The notes under the pieces: model-generated
The model's database searches: none
The model's input: only the letters and a program-made list of their open reading frames with translations
What the model was told of the DNA's origin: nothing
Shown here: piece after piece, positions 18,362 through 27,695 of the stretch
How the letters are laid out: each line of letters begins with the position of its first letter
Position numbering within the stretch: position 1 is the first letter of the stretch
Program-made: the position numbers and the translations under genes
Origin: an uncultured Muribaculaceae bacterium
GTDB lineage: Bacteria; Bacteroidota; Bacteroidia; Bacteroidales; Muribaculaceae
Direction of reading: 5' to 3'
Assembly: GCA_910587925.1 (NCBI GenBank)
Contig: CAJUOC010000002.1
Span: 16,303-80,302 of the forward strand
Length of the DNA: 64,000 nucleotides

Positions 18362-19906
18362 CTACCGGCGGGTATGCGAGCCCGACTCCGGCTCGCCGGG
18401 GTACCACCAGCCGCGCTTGAGGTCGGTGACGCGCCCTGTGGCGCGGTCGTACTCGTAGCGGGCGTCGTGCTCAAACTCGGCGAAGTCGTCGGCCGCCTCG
18501 GGTATCTCGGCCAGCACGGGATTGTCGCGCACCCACACCTTGCCGCCGTAGTGGCAGTGCTCGAGCGGGATGGAGGTGAGGCGGTTGGAGGTCAGGTAGC
18601 AGTTGACCAGCGAGGTCTCGGGGTCAAAAGTGATGGATGTGAGCCGATTTAGCTCCGCGTAGAGCGAGCCGAGGCCCTTGCATCCGGTGAGGTCGAGTTC
18701 CGAGAGCCAGTTGTCGGAGACGTGCAGTTGGCTCAGCCGGCGGCATCCTGTCACGTCGAGCCGCTCCAGGCGGTTGGAGTAGCAGTAAAATTCCCCGAGG
18801 ATGTCGCGCAGCGAGCTTACGTCGATGGTCGACAGCTGATTTTCGTAGCAGAACAGCCGGCCCAGCTTGGGGCAGCCCGAGATGGTAAGCTCAGAGATTT
18901 CATTCTGGCCGCAGTTGAGCAGGCGCAGCTGTGGGTAGTCGTGCATGGCGAGGCTGCGCAGGCGGTTGCCCCAGCACCACAGCACCTCCAGCCGCCGGCT
19001 GTCGGGGAGGTCAAGCTCCGTGAGATAGTTGCGCCAGCATGCCAAAGTCTCGATCGAGTAGCAGCCGGTGAGGTCGAGCGATGAGAAGTTGCCGGCACTC
19101 ACGTCGGCGTACTGCAAGGCGTAGGCGTCGCGCAGCAGCGCGGGATTGCTCAGCGGCGGATTTGTCGAGGCGCTGAGGGTCTTGAGCGACAGGCAGCCCG
19201 ATATGTTGAGGTCTGCAATCTGATTTGACGCCACGTCGAGCGACTCGAGCTGCGGGCAGCCCGATACGTCGACCGCAGTCAGCGAGTTTTTGCTGCATTT
19301 GAGCATGTAGAGCGCACGGCACCCGCTCAGGTCGATTTTGCCGCTCAGCTTGTATTCGCTCAGGTATAGCGACAGTCGGCCGTTTTCGTAGTGCACCTCG
19401 CTGCCCCACTGGTTGATGGGCAGGTCGGAGAGCCACTTGGGATTTTTCAGGCGCGTGTCGGGGCCGCCCACGGCGTGGTACAGCCTCACCAGGTATGCCC
19501 GCACCTCATCCTCGCTCATCGGCTCGATATCGACCGCCGGATGGCGTATCTCCACATCGGCACTCGCGCGGCCGCATACGACACCCATGCGCGTGATCTG
19601 CTCCGTGCCCGAGGTATTGGGCATGGCGCGGAAGCATATCTCGCCGCGGCCGGCGGAGCCGCCGGACGTCTCGATATATCCATGGAGAAATTTGGAGTCG
19701 GAGGGCGGCACCACAGTCCAGTCGCCCGAGGCGCTCAGGCTGATGGTAATCTCTCCGCCCTCGGCCGGGGCATAGTATACCGGGCTGTCAAATGCCACCT
19801 CGTCGATGGCCGGGGCGGGCGGCGCGGGCTCGCCGCTGTCGGAGCAGGCGACACACAGCAGTATCATCGCCAGGATGGCCGGGATGGTGCGCAGTGTATG
19901 TGTCAT
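18362..19906 (-). CDS. Lipoprotein with a BACON-like domain and leucine-rich repeats
   Basis: Lipobox LLCVAC, BACON-like region (GGEITISLSASGDWTV...NTSGTEQ) and about 12 LRRs of the form LxCxxNxLxxLDxxGCxxL. Confidence 0.82.
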   Translation of the reverse strand: MTHTLRTIPAILAMILLCVACSDSGEPAPPAPAIDEVAFDSPVYYAPAEGGEITISLSASGDWTVVPPSDSKFLHGYIETSGGSAGRGEICFRAMPNTSGTEQITRMGVVCGRASADVEIRHPAVDIEPMSEDEVRAYLVRLYHAVGGPDTRLKNPKWLSDLPINQWGSEVHYENGRLSLYLSEYKLSGKIDLSGCRALYMLKCSKNSLTAVDVSGCPQLESLDVASNQIADLNISGCLSLKTLSASTNPPLSNPALLRDAYALQYADVSAGNFSSLDLTGCYSIETLACWRNYLTELDLPDSRRLEVLWCWGNRLRSLAMHDYPQLRLLNCGQNEISELTISGCPKLGRLFCYENQLSTIDVSSLRDILGEFYCYSNRLERLDVTGCRRLSQLHVSDNWLSELDLTGCKGLGSLYAELNRLTSITFDPETSLVNCYLTSNRLTSIPLEHCHYGGKVWVRDNPVLAEIPEAADDFAEFEHDARYEYDRATGRVTDLKRGWWYPGEPESGSHTRR

Positions 19907-20571
19907 TTCTTGCGGCCGGGGGTGTAGTCTTTGACAATCTCCTCGAGCAGATAAGAGTTGTGTATCGTGCCCTGGCGGTAAGCCTGCTTGCGGTCGAAGT
20001 ATTTCTCGTTGAGGATGCCCTCGGCGAGCACTTCATCGTCGCCTAAAAACCATGCCAGCCAGTTAAGGGTGATAGAGCGCTTGGCGCCATACGGGATATA
20101 TACGGTCACGTCGGAGCCGCGTTTCATCAGGAAGTGCGGCGACGGGGTGACGTTCATCGAGATGCTTTTCTTGCCGGGTTTTACGTTGGTGATACTCATC
20201 CAGTATGCGAGATTGTCGCCGGCGGCCTCGAGCGAAAACCATTTTTTATTCTTGGCCTTCACCTCGTCGAGCTTGCCCTTCTTGGCGTCGCCTGTGGTCC
20301 AGTTGCACCATAGCAGGTACACCTTGTTTTCGGGGTTGTCCTCGTGCCATATCTCCATGTGCTCGATGGAGTCAGACATCACCTTGCACTTGGTCTCGCC
20401 GTCTTTAAACTGGATTTTGTCGTCCCAGCCGTTGGGGCACTTGATTACGACATCGGTATATCGGGAGCCGTCTTTCATATAGATATTGGCGATGCCGCGG
20501 GGCTTGGCGGCGACGGATATGGCGACGACGGCCATCAGCAGTAAGATAAGTGTGCGCGGTATTGGTTTCAT
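19903..20571 (-). CDS. Hypothetical secreted protein
   Basis: Signal peptide MKPIPRTLILLLMAVVAISVAA. A TATATTTG -7 element lies at 20593-20600. The stop overlaps the LRR gene start. Confidence 0.7.
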   Translation of the reverse strand: MKPIPRTLILLLMAVVAISVAAKPRGIANIYMKDGSRYTDVVIKCPNGWDDKIQFKDGETKCKVMSDSIEHMEIWHEDNPENKVYLLWCNWTTGDAKKGKLDEVKAKNKKWFSLEAAGDNLAYWMSITNVKPGKKSISMNVTPSPHFLMKRGSDVTVYIPYGAKRSITLNWLAWFLGDDEVLAEGILNEKYFDRKQAYRQGTIHNSYLLEEIVKDYTPGRKK

Positions 20572-20671
20572 AGCAGTGTAAGATATTTTCTGCAAATATA
20601 CCGCGCAATTTGTAAAATGCAAGCAAGTGCGCCGATTTCTCAACAAATGTCGATAAAACCGGGACTGTCGC

Positions 20672-21868
20672 TTACCGGGGCATCAGCCGTATCTCCTGCA
20701 CCGCGGGCTTGTATACGGAGTCGCCGGGCGCCTCCATACACAGGGTGATGCCGCTCCACAGCCGCGAGGGGTCGTCGCCGAAGTAATCGGGGTCGATGCG
20801 GAAGGTATATTCGCCCGTCTGTATCACCGGGCCGGAGATGATACTCACCCGCGGGCGCGCGGCGCTGTGGTCGGTCGAGGGCGCCATGCGTGTGGAGTCG
20901 GCGTAGAATGGCTCGACGCGAAACTCAGGCCCGTCGACGCGCGTGTCGAGCTTGATATGCGACTCGGCGCGGAATGGTACCCCGGCTCCGTCGACCGCCG
21001 CTCCGAGATATTGCATGCGGCGGCCGCGGGTGGCCTGGTAGCGCGCGCGGGTAAGGGCGGCCATCTCCTCGTCGTGATACCAGAAGCAGTCGTGGGGGTC
21101 TGAGCTTTCAGAGCCGTCGGGGTACCAGCGCGAGAGATATACGCCGCCATCGGGGCGCGGGTCGTCGATGGCCTTGGCGATGAAGCGGGCCATGTAGTCG
21201 AGCGTCTCGTCGCAAAGGTCAAAGTGGCCGCGGCCGGCGTCGCAGAGCATCGATATGCGGCTGTCGGGATACATCATGCGGAAGGCGAGGGCCGGGCGCA
21301 GGCGGGCGTCCCACCACTCATACTCACCCATGACCATCAGGCCCGGGATGCGGTCGATATTGCGGGTGCGTCCCCACTCGATATTGGCCCGGCCGTAGCC
21401 GCAGAGATTGGTGCGCGGGGCGTCGCCGTGAAAAGATATGATGCAGAGGGTGCGGTCGGGATTCCAGGCGGCGAAATTCCATGGGAAAGTCGCCTGGGCC
21501 GAGTGGCCGAATGGTATCACCCGTGCGCCGGCAATCTCGGGGTGCCCGCTTCCGCAGGCCAGGTCGCGCATGATCTGCTCAAACCGCTCCTGGCATCCCG
21601 AGGCCACATCCCAGTCTTGCGAGCCGCCCTGCACAAATACCATCGCCACGCCCAGCGAGTCCATCGCCCGTGTAAACCGCGGGCTGCGGAAGAGTACCTC
21701 CTCGGTCATATTCTGATGGGCATACAGCACGGCCCGCACACTGTCGGCGCCGCGCGGCAGCCGCAGGCACACCCGACGTCCCGCCTCTCCGAGCGTGCAG
21801 TCAAATGTCAGTGCTGCCGATGTGGCGGCCGTCAGGAATATTGCCAGAGCGATGAAGATAGAGCGCAT
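20672..21868 (-). CDS. Secreted alpha/beta-hydrolase-like protein
   Basis: Signal peptide and a nucleophile-elbow-like PFGHSAQA. Later candidate catalytic residues in MGEYE and GRGHF. Confidence 0.6.
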   Translation of the reverse strand: MRSIFIALAIFLTAATSAALTFDCTLGEAGRRVCLRLPRGADSVRAVLYAHQNMTEEVLFRSPRFTRAMDSLGVAMVFVQGGSQDWDVASGCQERFEQIMRDLACGSGHPEIAGARVIPFGHSAQATFPWNFAAWNPDRTLCIISFHGDAPRTNLCGYGRANIEWGRTRNIDRIPGLMVMGEYEWWDARLRPALAFRMMYPDSRISMLCDAGRGHFDLCDETLDYMARFIAKAIDDPRPDGGVYLSRWYPDGSESSDPHDCFWYHDEEMAALTRARYQATRGRRMQYLGAAVDGAGVPFRAESHIKLDTRVDGPEFRVEPFYADSTRMAPSTDHSAARPRVSIISGPVIQTGEYTFRIDPDYFGDDPSRLWSGITLCMEAPGDSVYKPAVQEIRLMPR

Positions 21869-21928
21869 AAATGTTTTTTATATCATAATACGCCCGTCGT
21901 CGCTCCGGCACTCATTGCCGCCCGTCGC

Positions 21929-22426
21929 TCAGTATGGTATCTTGTCGGTCGAGTGCTGCCAGAGTCGGAATGCCTCGATGGCCTGGGCGCCCATGAGGCG
22001 GCGGGTGAGGATGGAGCGGCGCTCGGCGGGCAGGCTCAGCTGGTCGTAGATAAAGGAGTCGTCGAAGTCGATGGCGCGGGCGTCGTCTTTGGTATTGCCG
22101 TAGTAGAGGCGGTCGATACCGGCCCAGTAGATGGCGCTCAGACACATGGGGCATGGCTCGCACGAGCTGTAGATGGTGGCGCCGCGCAGCTTGAAGTCGC
22201 CGGCTGCGAGGCAGGCCGCGCGTATGGCCGACACCTCGGCGTGGGCGGTGGGGTCGCAGGTGGCGGTGACGCGGTTGACACCGGTGGCGAGTATCTTGCC
22301 GTCGCGCACGATTACGGCGCCGAAGGGGCCGCCGCCGGCGCGTACATTGTCTATCGACAGGTCAATGGCTATCTGCATGAAGTGACGGTCGTCGGGAGTT
22401 ATAGGGGTAGTGTGGTCTTGTGTCAT
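21929..22426 (-). CDS. Nucleoside/guanine deaminase (cytidine deaminase superfamily)
   Basis: GGPFGA, DPTAHAEV and SCEPCPMC zinc motifs, with the GuaD-like tail FDDSFIY...Y. Confidence 0.9.
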   Translation of the reverse strand: MTQDHTTPITPDDRHFMQIAIDLSIDNVRAGGGPFGAVIVRDGKILATGVNRVTATCDPTAHAEVSAIRAACLAAGDFKLRGATIYSSCEPCPMCLSAIYWAGIDRLYYGNTKDDARAIDFDDSFIYDQLSLPAERRSILTRRLMGAQAIEAFRLWQHSTDKIPY

Positions 22427-22507
22427 AGTGTGGTGTGTGATGTGTGATGATAAAACGCGCGCGGGGCGGCGATTGTTTGTCGGCGCGGGCGGCTCTCGCC
22501 GCCGCGG

Positions 22508-23194
22508 TCACTCGCAGTCGCAGTCGGTGTGTATGCCGTGTCGGGCGGCGGTGCACTCGGTGGCGGTGCGGTCGATGATGAAGTGGCGGTTGGCCATGGC
22601 GTCGATGGCGCTCATCTCGTGGGATACGAGCACGATGGTGCAGGCTGGCGCTATCTCGGCGAGCAGGTCGTAGATGCGGTGCTCAAAGTGCTTGTCGACA
22701 TAGCTCAGCGGCTCGTCGAGCACGAGCAGGGCGGGGTCGGCGACGATGGCTCTCCCGAGCAATGCGCGCTGTACCTGTCCTCCCGACAGGCGTCCGATGG
22801 GGCGGTCGGCGCAGTCGGCCAGGTCGATGCGGCCGATGGCGCGGTCGATGCGTGCGAGGCGGTCGTCGGGGTCGAGACCGGCGATGCCGAGCAGCCCCGA
22901 TGCCACCACATCGCGCACGCTCACCGGGAAGTGGGCGTCGATGGTATTTTTCTGTGGCAGGTATCCGATGGCGCTGCGCGGCACTCTCACGCTCACCGTG
23001 CCCCGGGTGGGGCGCAGCAGGCCCAGTATGATGCGCAGCAGGGTGGTCTTGCCGCCGCCGTTGGGGCCGGTCACGGCCACAAAGTCGCCGGGCGCCACCT
23101 GCAGGTCGATGCCGTCGAGCACGATGCGGTCATCTCGCCGCATCTCCACTCCGCGCAGCTCGATCACCGGGCTGTCAGGGGCGGGCGAGCTCAT
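22508..23194 (-). CDS. znuC: Metal (Zn/Mn) ABC transporter ATP-binding protein
   Basis: Walker A GPNGGGKT, LSGGQ, LDEP and SHE motifs, and a His/Cys-rich tail. Confidence 0.85.
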   Translation of the reverse strand: MSSPAPDSPVIELRGVEMRRDDRIVLDGIDLQVAPGDFVAVTGPNGGGKTTLLRIILGLLRPTRGTVSVRVPRSAIGYLPQKNTIDAHFPVSVRDVVASGLLGIAGLDPDDRLARIDRAIGRIDLADCADRPIGRLSGGQVQRALLGRAIVADPALLVLDEPLSYVDKHFEHRIYDLLAEIAPACTIVLVSHEMSAIDAMANRHFIIDRTATECTAARHGIHTDCDCE

Positions 23195-24065
23195 CGGCGA
23201 TGGAGTCGAGCTGGGCGAGCCAGGAGTATGAGTTGGGCTGTATAGGCAGCATGTGGGAGCCTACGCCGGAGTTGATGGCGCGGGCCTGGCGGGTGTCGTA
23301 CTCTTTCTGATAGAAGAATACTCTCACGCTGTCGGCGCGGGCCTCGTCGATGACGCGACGCATCTGCGGCATCGACGACTCGCGGCTGTCGGCGCTCACG
23401 GCGAGCTGCTCCAGGTCGTAGTCGCGGGCAAAGTATGTCAGCGACGGGTGCCATACCAGAAATGTGCGGGTGGGCAGGGTGTCGAGCTTCTCCGATATGA
23501 CGCGGTCGAGCGAGTCGAGGCTGCGGTCGATGCGGCCGAGGGCCGTGCGGTATGAGTCGGCATTGTCGGGGTCGGCGTCGATGAGCCCTTGGGCGATGCG
23601 CGACGCCATGATGCGGGTATTGCGCACCGAGGTCCACACGTGGGGGTCGGGGGCGCGGTGGGCGCTGTCGACGTGGAGGAAGTTGGCGTGGCCGTCGGCA
23701 TGTGAGTGAGTGCCGTAGATGAGGTCGATGCCCTCAGATGTATTGACCACTGCCGTGGAGCCGGATACGGCCAGGGCGGCCGCGCTCTCAAAGGGGAAGA
23801 AGCCCGTCGAGAAGAATACTCGGCTGCGGTCTACGGCCATGCGCGACGCCACCGGAGGCTCATACATCTCGGGATTCTCGCCGTTGGGCATCAGTGTGAC
23901 CACGCGGAAGCGATCGCCGGCTATCTGCTCCACGAGATAGCGCTGTGGCTCGACGCTGACGGTGACCAGCGGTCGGGCGTCGTCGGCATCGGAGCGGGAG
24001 CAGGCGGTAAGGGAGGATATGGCGGCCGCGAGTAGCATCAGCGGCCAGAGGCGATTGGTTTTCAT
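23175..24065 (-). CDS. znuA: Metal (Zn) ABC transporter substrate-binding lipoprotein
   Basis: Lipobox SLTAC, a His-rich loop, DPHVWTS and HPSLTYFARDY motifs. Start at ATG 24065. Confidence 0.87.
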   Translation of the reverse strand: MKTNRLWPLMLLAAAISSLTACSRSDADDARPLVTVSVEPQRYLVEQIAGDRFRVVTLMPNGENPEMYEPPVASRMAVDRSRVFFSTGFFPFESAAALAVSGSTAVVNTSEGIDLIYGTHSHADGHANFLHVDSAHRAPDPHVWTSVRNTRIMASRIAQGLIDADPDNADSYRTALGRIDRSLDSLDRVISEKLDTLPTRTFLVWHPSLTYFARDYDLEQLAVSADSRESSMPQMRRVIDEARADSVRVFFYQKEYDTRQARAINSGVGSHMLPIQPNSYSWLAQLDSIADELARP

Positions 24066-24069
24066 GACA

Positions 24070-24129
24070 TGCACTGCAATGTATGCACCCCGTCTTACAG
24101 CGGGCGCATACATTGACAGTGCAAAGTTA
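24070..24129 (-). promoter_or_regulatory. -7 element (TAACTTTG, 24122-24129) plus a long leader inverted repeat (24070-24123)
   Basis: tgcactg-caatgtatgc-a-ccc ... ggg-c-gcatacattg-a-cagtgca fills the space between the promoter and the znuA ATG. Confidence 0.65.
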
Positions 24130-24218
24130 CAAAACTTTTTCAATACGGCAACGTCTGTATTACGAAAAAATTACAATCCCGTGAAAACCTGCCGTATCCG
24201 GCTGCGCGCGCCGGAGCC

Positions 24219-25034
24219 TCAGAGGTAGGCTGCCATCTGGTCGCGCAGCTCGCGGGCCTTGTCGGCGGCGCGCTCGGCAAAGTCGTCGCCGGCAGAGGCG
24301 TGGATGATGCCGCGCGACGAGTTGACCAGCAGGCCCACCTCGTCGATCATGCCGTAGCGCACCACTTCCTCAAGGCTGCCGCCCTGGGCGCCCACGCCGG
24401 GCACGAGGAAAAATGAGCGCGGAGCCAGGCGGCGCACATCGGCGATGAGCTCGCCGCGGGTGGCGCCGACGACAAACATCATGTTGACGGGCGAGCCCCA
24501 CTTCTGGGCGCGCTTCACCACCCGCTCAAACACACGGGCGCCGTTTTTGTCGGGTATCATCTGGAAGTCGCCGCTGCCTTTGTTGGAGGTCAGGGCCAGC
24601 ACCACCGCCCACTTGTCTTCAAACTCCAGGAAGGGCGACACGCTGTCCTCGCCCATGTAGGGGGCCACGGTCACGGCGTCGACCCCGGCGCGCTCAAAGA
24701 AGGCGCGGGCATACATGCGGGCCGTATTGCCGATGTCGCCGCGCTTGGCGTCGGCGATGATAAACTGGTCGGGGTGATTCTCGCGTATATAGGCCACGGT
24801 CTGCTCGAAGGCGCGCATGCCGTCGGGGCCGAGAGTCTCGTAGAATGCGAGATTTGGCTTATACGCCACGGCATAGGGGGCGGTGGCGTCGATGATGGCT
24901 TTGTTGAAGTCGATGATGCCGTCGGCGCCGCGGGCTGCCAGGTCGGTGGGCATCTTGGCGGGGTCGGGGTCGAGACCTACGCAGAGAAATGAGCCTTTGC
25001 GGCGGATGTTCTCGACAAGTTCAGTACGTTTCAT
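24219..25034 (-). CDS. pyrF: Orotidine-5'-phosphate decarboxylase
   Basis: [34 protein letters not shown] and NSSRGI motifs. Confidence 0.96.
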   Translation of the reverse strand: MKRTELVENIRRKGSFLCVGLDPDPAKMPTDLAARGADGIIDFNKAIIDATAPYAVAYKPNLAFYETLGPDGMRAFEQTVAYIRENHPDQFIIADAKRGDIGNTARMYARAFFERAGVDAVTVAPYMGEDSVSPFLEFEDKWAVVLALTSNKGSGDFQMIPDKNGARVFERVVKRAQKWGSPVNMMFVVGATRGELIADVRRLAPRSFFLVPGVGAQGGSLEEVVRYGMIDEVGLLVNSSRGIIHASAGDDFAERAADKARELRDQMAAYL

Positions 25035-25069
25035 ATCTTGATTGGTTTTTGCTGATTATCGGGTATGTG

Positions 25070-26176
25070 TCAAAGCTCGGCGTCGCGTAGCCGCTCGGCG
25101 CGCTCGGCGGTGCTCAGGGCAAAGATGAGCGCGTCGAGGTCACCGTCGAGTATGGCGGGGAGATTGTGCACGGTGTAGCCGATGCGGTGGTCGGTGACGC
25201 GGCCCTGTGGGAAATTGTATGTGCGTATCTTGGCCGAGCGGTCGCCGGTGCTGACGAGGGTCTTGCGGCGGGCGGCGATGTCGTCGACATACTTCTGATG
25301 CTCGCGGTCGTAGATAAATGTGCGCAGGCGTGCCAGGGCGCGCTCCTTGTTTTTGGGCTGGTCGCGGGTCTCGGTACACTCGATGAGTATCTCCTCTGTC
25401 TCGCCGGTATTGGGATTGCGCCAGTGGTAGCGCAGGCGCACACCCGACTCGACCTTGTTGACATTCTGGCCGCCGGCGCCGCCCGAGCGGAAGGTGTCCC
25501 ACTTGATCTCGCCCTCGTTGATTTCCACCTCAAAGGGGTCGGCCTCGGGCAGCACGGCCACCGTGGCGGCCGAGGTGTGTATGCGGCCCTGGGTCTCGGT
25601 GGCGGGCACACGCTGCACGCGGTGCACGCCGCTCTCGTACTTGAGCACGCCGTAGACGCCCGTGCCGCTCACCGAGATGACAATCTCCTTGAAGCCGCCG
25701 GCCGCGCCGGGGCTCTCCGATGTGACGGCGGTGGCCCAGCCGCGGCTCTCGCAGTAGCGCAGATACATCTTGGCCAGGTCGCCGGCAAAGAGGGCGGCTT
25801 CGTCGCCGCCTGTGCCGGCGCGTATCTCGAGGATTACGTTTTTGTCGTCTTCGGGGTCGACCGGGAGCAGTAGCACCCGTATGTCGGCGTCGGCGTCGGC
25901 GAGGCGGTCGCGGGCGTCGGCCTGCATACGCGTGGCCTCGTCGCGCTCCGAGGGGTCGCCGGCGGCAAGTATCTCGTCGGCAAAGGCCAGGTCTGACGCG
26001 GCGGCGTCGCGGCGGCCGACAGCGGCGGCAAACTCCTCGAGGTGGCGGTACTCCTTGCTGAGCTTGACATATCGGGCCTGGTCGGCGAGCACGTCGGGGT
26101 CGGAGAGCAGGGTGCGCACTTCCTCGTATCGGGTGAGGTAAGTGTCGATTTTTGGCTGTAGGGTATCGTCGGACAT
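25070..26176 (-). CDS. prfA: Peptide chain release factor 1
   Basis: EIRAGTGGDEA, the RF1 PAT tripeptide (RVPATE), GGQ and RTYNFPQGRVTDHR. Start at ATG 26176. Confidence 0.96.
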   Translation of the reverse strand: MSDDTLQPKIDTYLTRYEEVRTLLSDPDVLADQARYVKLSKEYRHLEEFAAAVGRRDAAASDLAFADEILAAGDPSERDEATRMQADARDRLADADADIRVLLLPVDPEDDKNVILEIRAGTGGDEAALFAGDLAKMYLRYCESRGWATAVTSESPGAAGGFKEIVISVSGTGVYGVLKYESGVHRVQRVPATETQGRIHTSAATVAVLPEADPFEVEINEGEIKWDTFRSGGAGGQNVNKVESGVRLRYHWRNPNTGETEEILIECTETRDQPKNKERALARLRTFIYDREHQKYVDDIAARRKTLVSTGDRSAKIRTYNFPQGRVTDHRIGYTVHNLPAILDGDLDALIFALSTAERAERLRDAEL

Positions 26177-26183
26177 GTATCGT

Positions 26184-26223
26184 GTTGCGGGGTACGGTTG
26201 CGGGGTACGGTTGCAAAGGTACG
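26184..26223 (-). repeat. Three tandem 13-14-bp units in the prfA promoter/leader
   Basis: gttgcggggtacg x2 plus gttgcaaaggtacg. The third unit contains the -7 element TACCTTTG (26214-26221, minus strand). Confidence 0.8.
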
Positions 26224-26301
26224 GAAAAAAGCTGAACCAAAGCCGCCGGGCGGTTGTTTTGTGTACATCGATATACATACTTACTATCAACTACCCTATT
26301 T

Positions 26302-26817
26302 ATGAAAAAGGTACTTTTCACTCTGATTGCCGTGCTGGGCCTGGCCTTCGGCGCGGGCGCCCAGAAGGCTCAGCTTCAGCTGGGCTACGGCGGCTACACT
26401 ATGATGGATGCATGTGACATGCACGACGGCGGCTCGGTCGACACGGCCTGGGGCGCGCTCACCGCGGGCGTCAATTTCAAGGTGCTGCCCAAGTTCTGGC
26501 TGGGTGCGTCGTATACCTTCTCCTCGGCCGACTACAAGCACTGGGACGATGCCCATGCATACTATCATGTAATCATGCTCAACGGACGCTATGACTACTA
26601 CCGCAACAGCATCGTCACTCTCTACGCCCATCTCGGCGTAGGTGTCGACATCACACACATGAGCGACGGCGATTACAAGAAAAACAAGGCATATTTTGCC
26701 ATGCAGGCTTCGCCTCTGGGCGCCGAGGTGAATATCACCCGCGGCCTGTCGATGTACGGCGAGCTGGGCTTCGGCGCCCAAGGTCTGCTGCAGGTGGGTC
26801 TGCGATACAATCTCTGA
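26302..26817 (+). CDS. Outer membrane beta-barrel protein (OmpA-TM/porin-like, about 8 strands)
   Basis: Signal peptide, alternating amphipathic strands and C-terminal GLRYNL. Confidence 0.8.
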   Translation: MKKVLFTLIAVLGLAFGAGAQKAQLQLGYGGYTMMDACDMHDGGSVDTAWGALTAGVNFKVLPKFWLGASYTFSSADYKHWDDAHAYYHVIMLNGRYDYYRNSIVTLYAHLGVGVDITHMSDGDYKKNKAYFAMQASPLGAEVNITRGLSMYGELGFGAQGLLQVGLRYNL

Positions 26818-26851
26818 CCTCCCCGCGCCCTACACTCCCGCGCAGATACAG

Positions 26852-26884
26852 CAAACCCCGGCTCGGGTCACGAGCCGGGGTTTG
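26852..26884. terminator. Probable bidirectional terminator
   Basis: 14-bp perfect stem caaaccccggctcg/cgagccggggtttg between convergent genes. Confidence 0.75.
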
Positions 26885-26887
26885 TCG

Positions 26888-27355
26888 TCATCGGGATTTG
26901 GCGGCGCCGTGCTTGGCGGCCTGGCGGCCGCGTATCTTTACGTTTTGCATGCGCTCCGACTGGTAGATGCGGTCGACTTGCTTGGCGGTAAGGAATTTGC
27001 GGTACTCCTTGTAGTACTTCTCGCGCAGGTCGAGCAGCTTGCGGCTGTGGGCAAAGCGGGCGCGCAGCAGGCTGTCGGTCTGCTCGTCGGAGATGCGGGT
27101 GCGGGGCTTGCCGGGGGCATTGCCCAGCGCCCACTTCTCTTGCTCGCAGCGCATGTAAGTCTCGATAAACCGGTCGGCGGTCTCGGCGGGGAGGGCAAGC
27201 TGGTCGGCGATGCGCTCGGCCTGCTTGCGGGCGAGCTCGGTGCGGTCGGGTTTGGGCTGTGAGTCTTTGTCGCGGCGGGGCATACGGGCCTCGGCGGCGC
27301 CGGCGCCGGCCAGTATGATGGCGGCCAGCAGCATGATGCGGAGGAGTCTGTTCAT
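26888..27355 (-). CDS. Periplasmic helical protein (Spy/CpxP-like), ECF-associated
   Basis: Signal peptide and charged helices, with a C-terminal FLTAKQV (LTxxQ-like) motif. Third gene of the ECF operon. Confidence 0.65.
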   Translation of the reverse strand: MNRLLRIMLLAAIILAGAGAAEARMPRRDKDSQPKPDRTELARKQAERIADQLALPAETADRFIETYMRCEQEKWALGNAPGKPRTRISDEQTDSLLRARFAHSRKLLDLREKYYKEYRKFLTAKQVDRIYQSERMQNVKIRGRQAAKHGAAKSR

Positions 27356-27365
27356 GAGGTTGTGG

Positions 27366-27695
27366 TTATTGATAGGTTTGGAGAAATATATCGTCTTGAT
27401 AGTTTCCGATGAAGGATGAGCGGTCTTCGTCGCTGAGGCGGTCAAATGCGGCCAGATAGTCGCCGCCGGTATCTGCGGCGGAGGGCGCGGGGCTGTGCAT
27501 GTACGACACGGCCGTGACGACCAGGGCGGCTACTGCGGCCGCTGCGGCGGTGCATCGCAGGGCGAGGCGCACCGGGGCGGGGCGGCGGGGCGCCTTGGCG
27601 CGGGCGAGGACGCGCTCCTCGACGGCGGCCATCATCCCCTCGGGGATGCGGTATGGGGTGGGCCCGGGACGGTCGGGCAGCTGATACTGTGTCAT
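27366..27695 (-). CDS. Putative anti-sigma factor (single TM)
   Basis: PYRIPEG motif then one TM helix. ATGA overlap with the ECF sigma gene. Confidence 0.65.
   Translation of the reverse strand: MTQYQLPDRPGPTPYRIPEGMMAAVEERVLARAKAPRRPAPVRLALRCTAAAAAVAALVVTAVSYMHSPAPSAADTGGDYLAAFDRLSDEDRSSFIGNYQDDIFLQTYQ

Noticed and set aside
22427..22450. tgtg/tgatg micro-repeats upstream of the deaminase
   Set aside because: This is a short low-complexity A/C-rich leader on the coding strand, similar to other translation initiation regions here.
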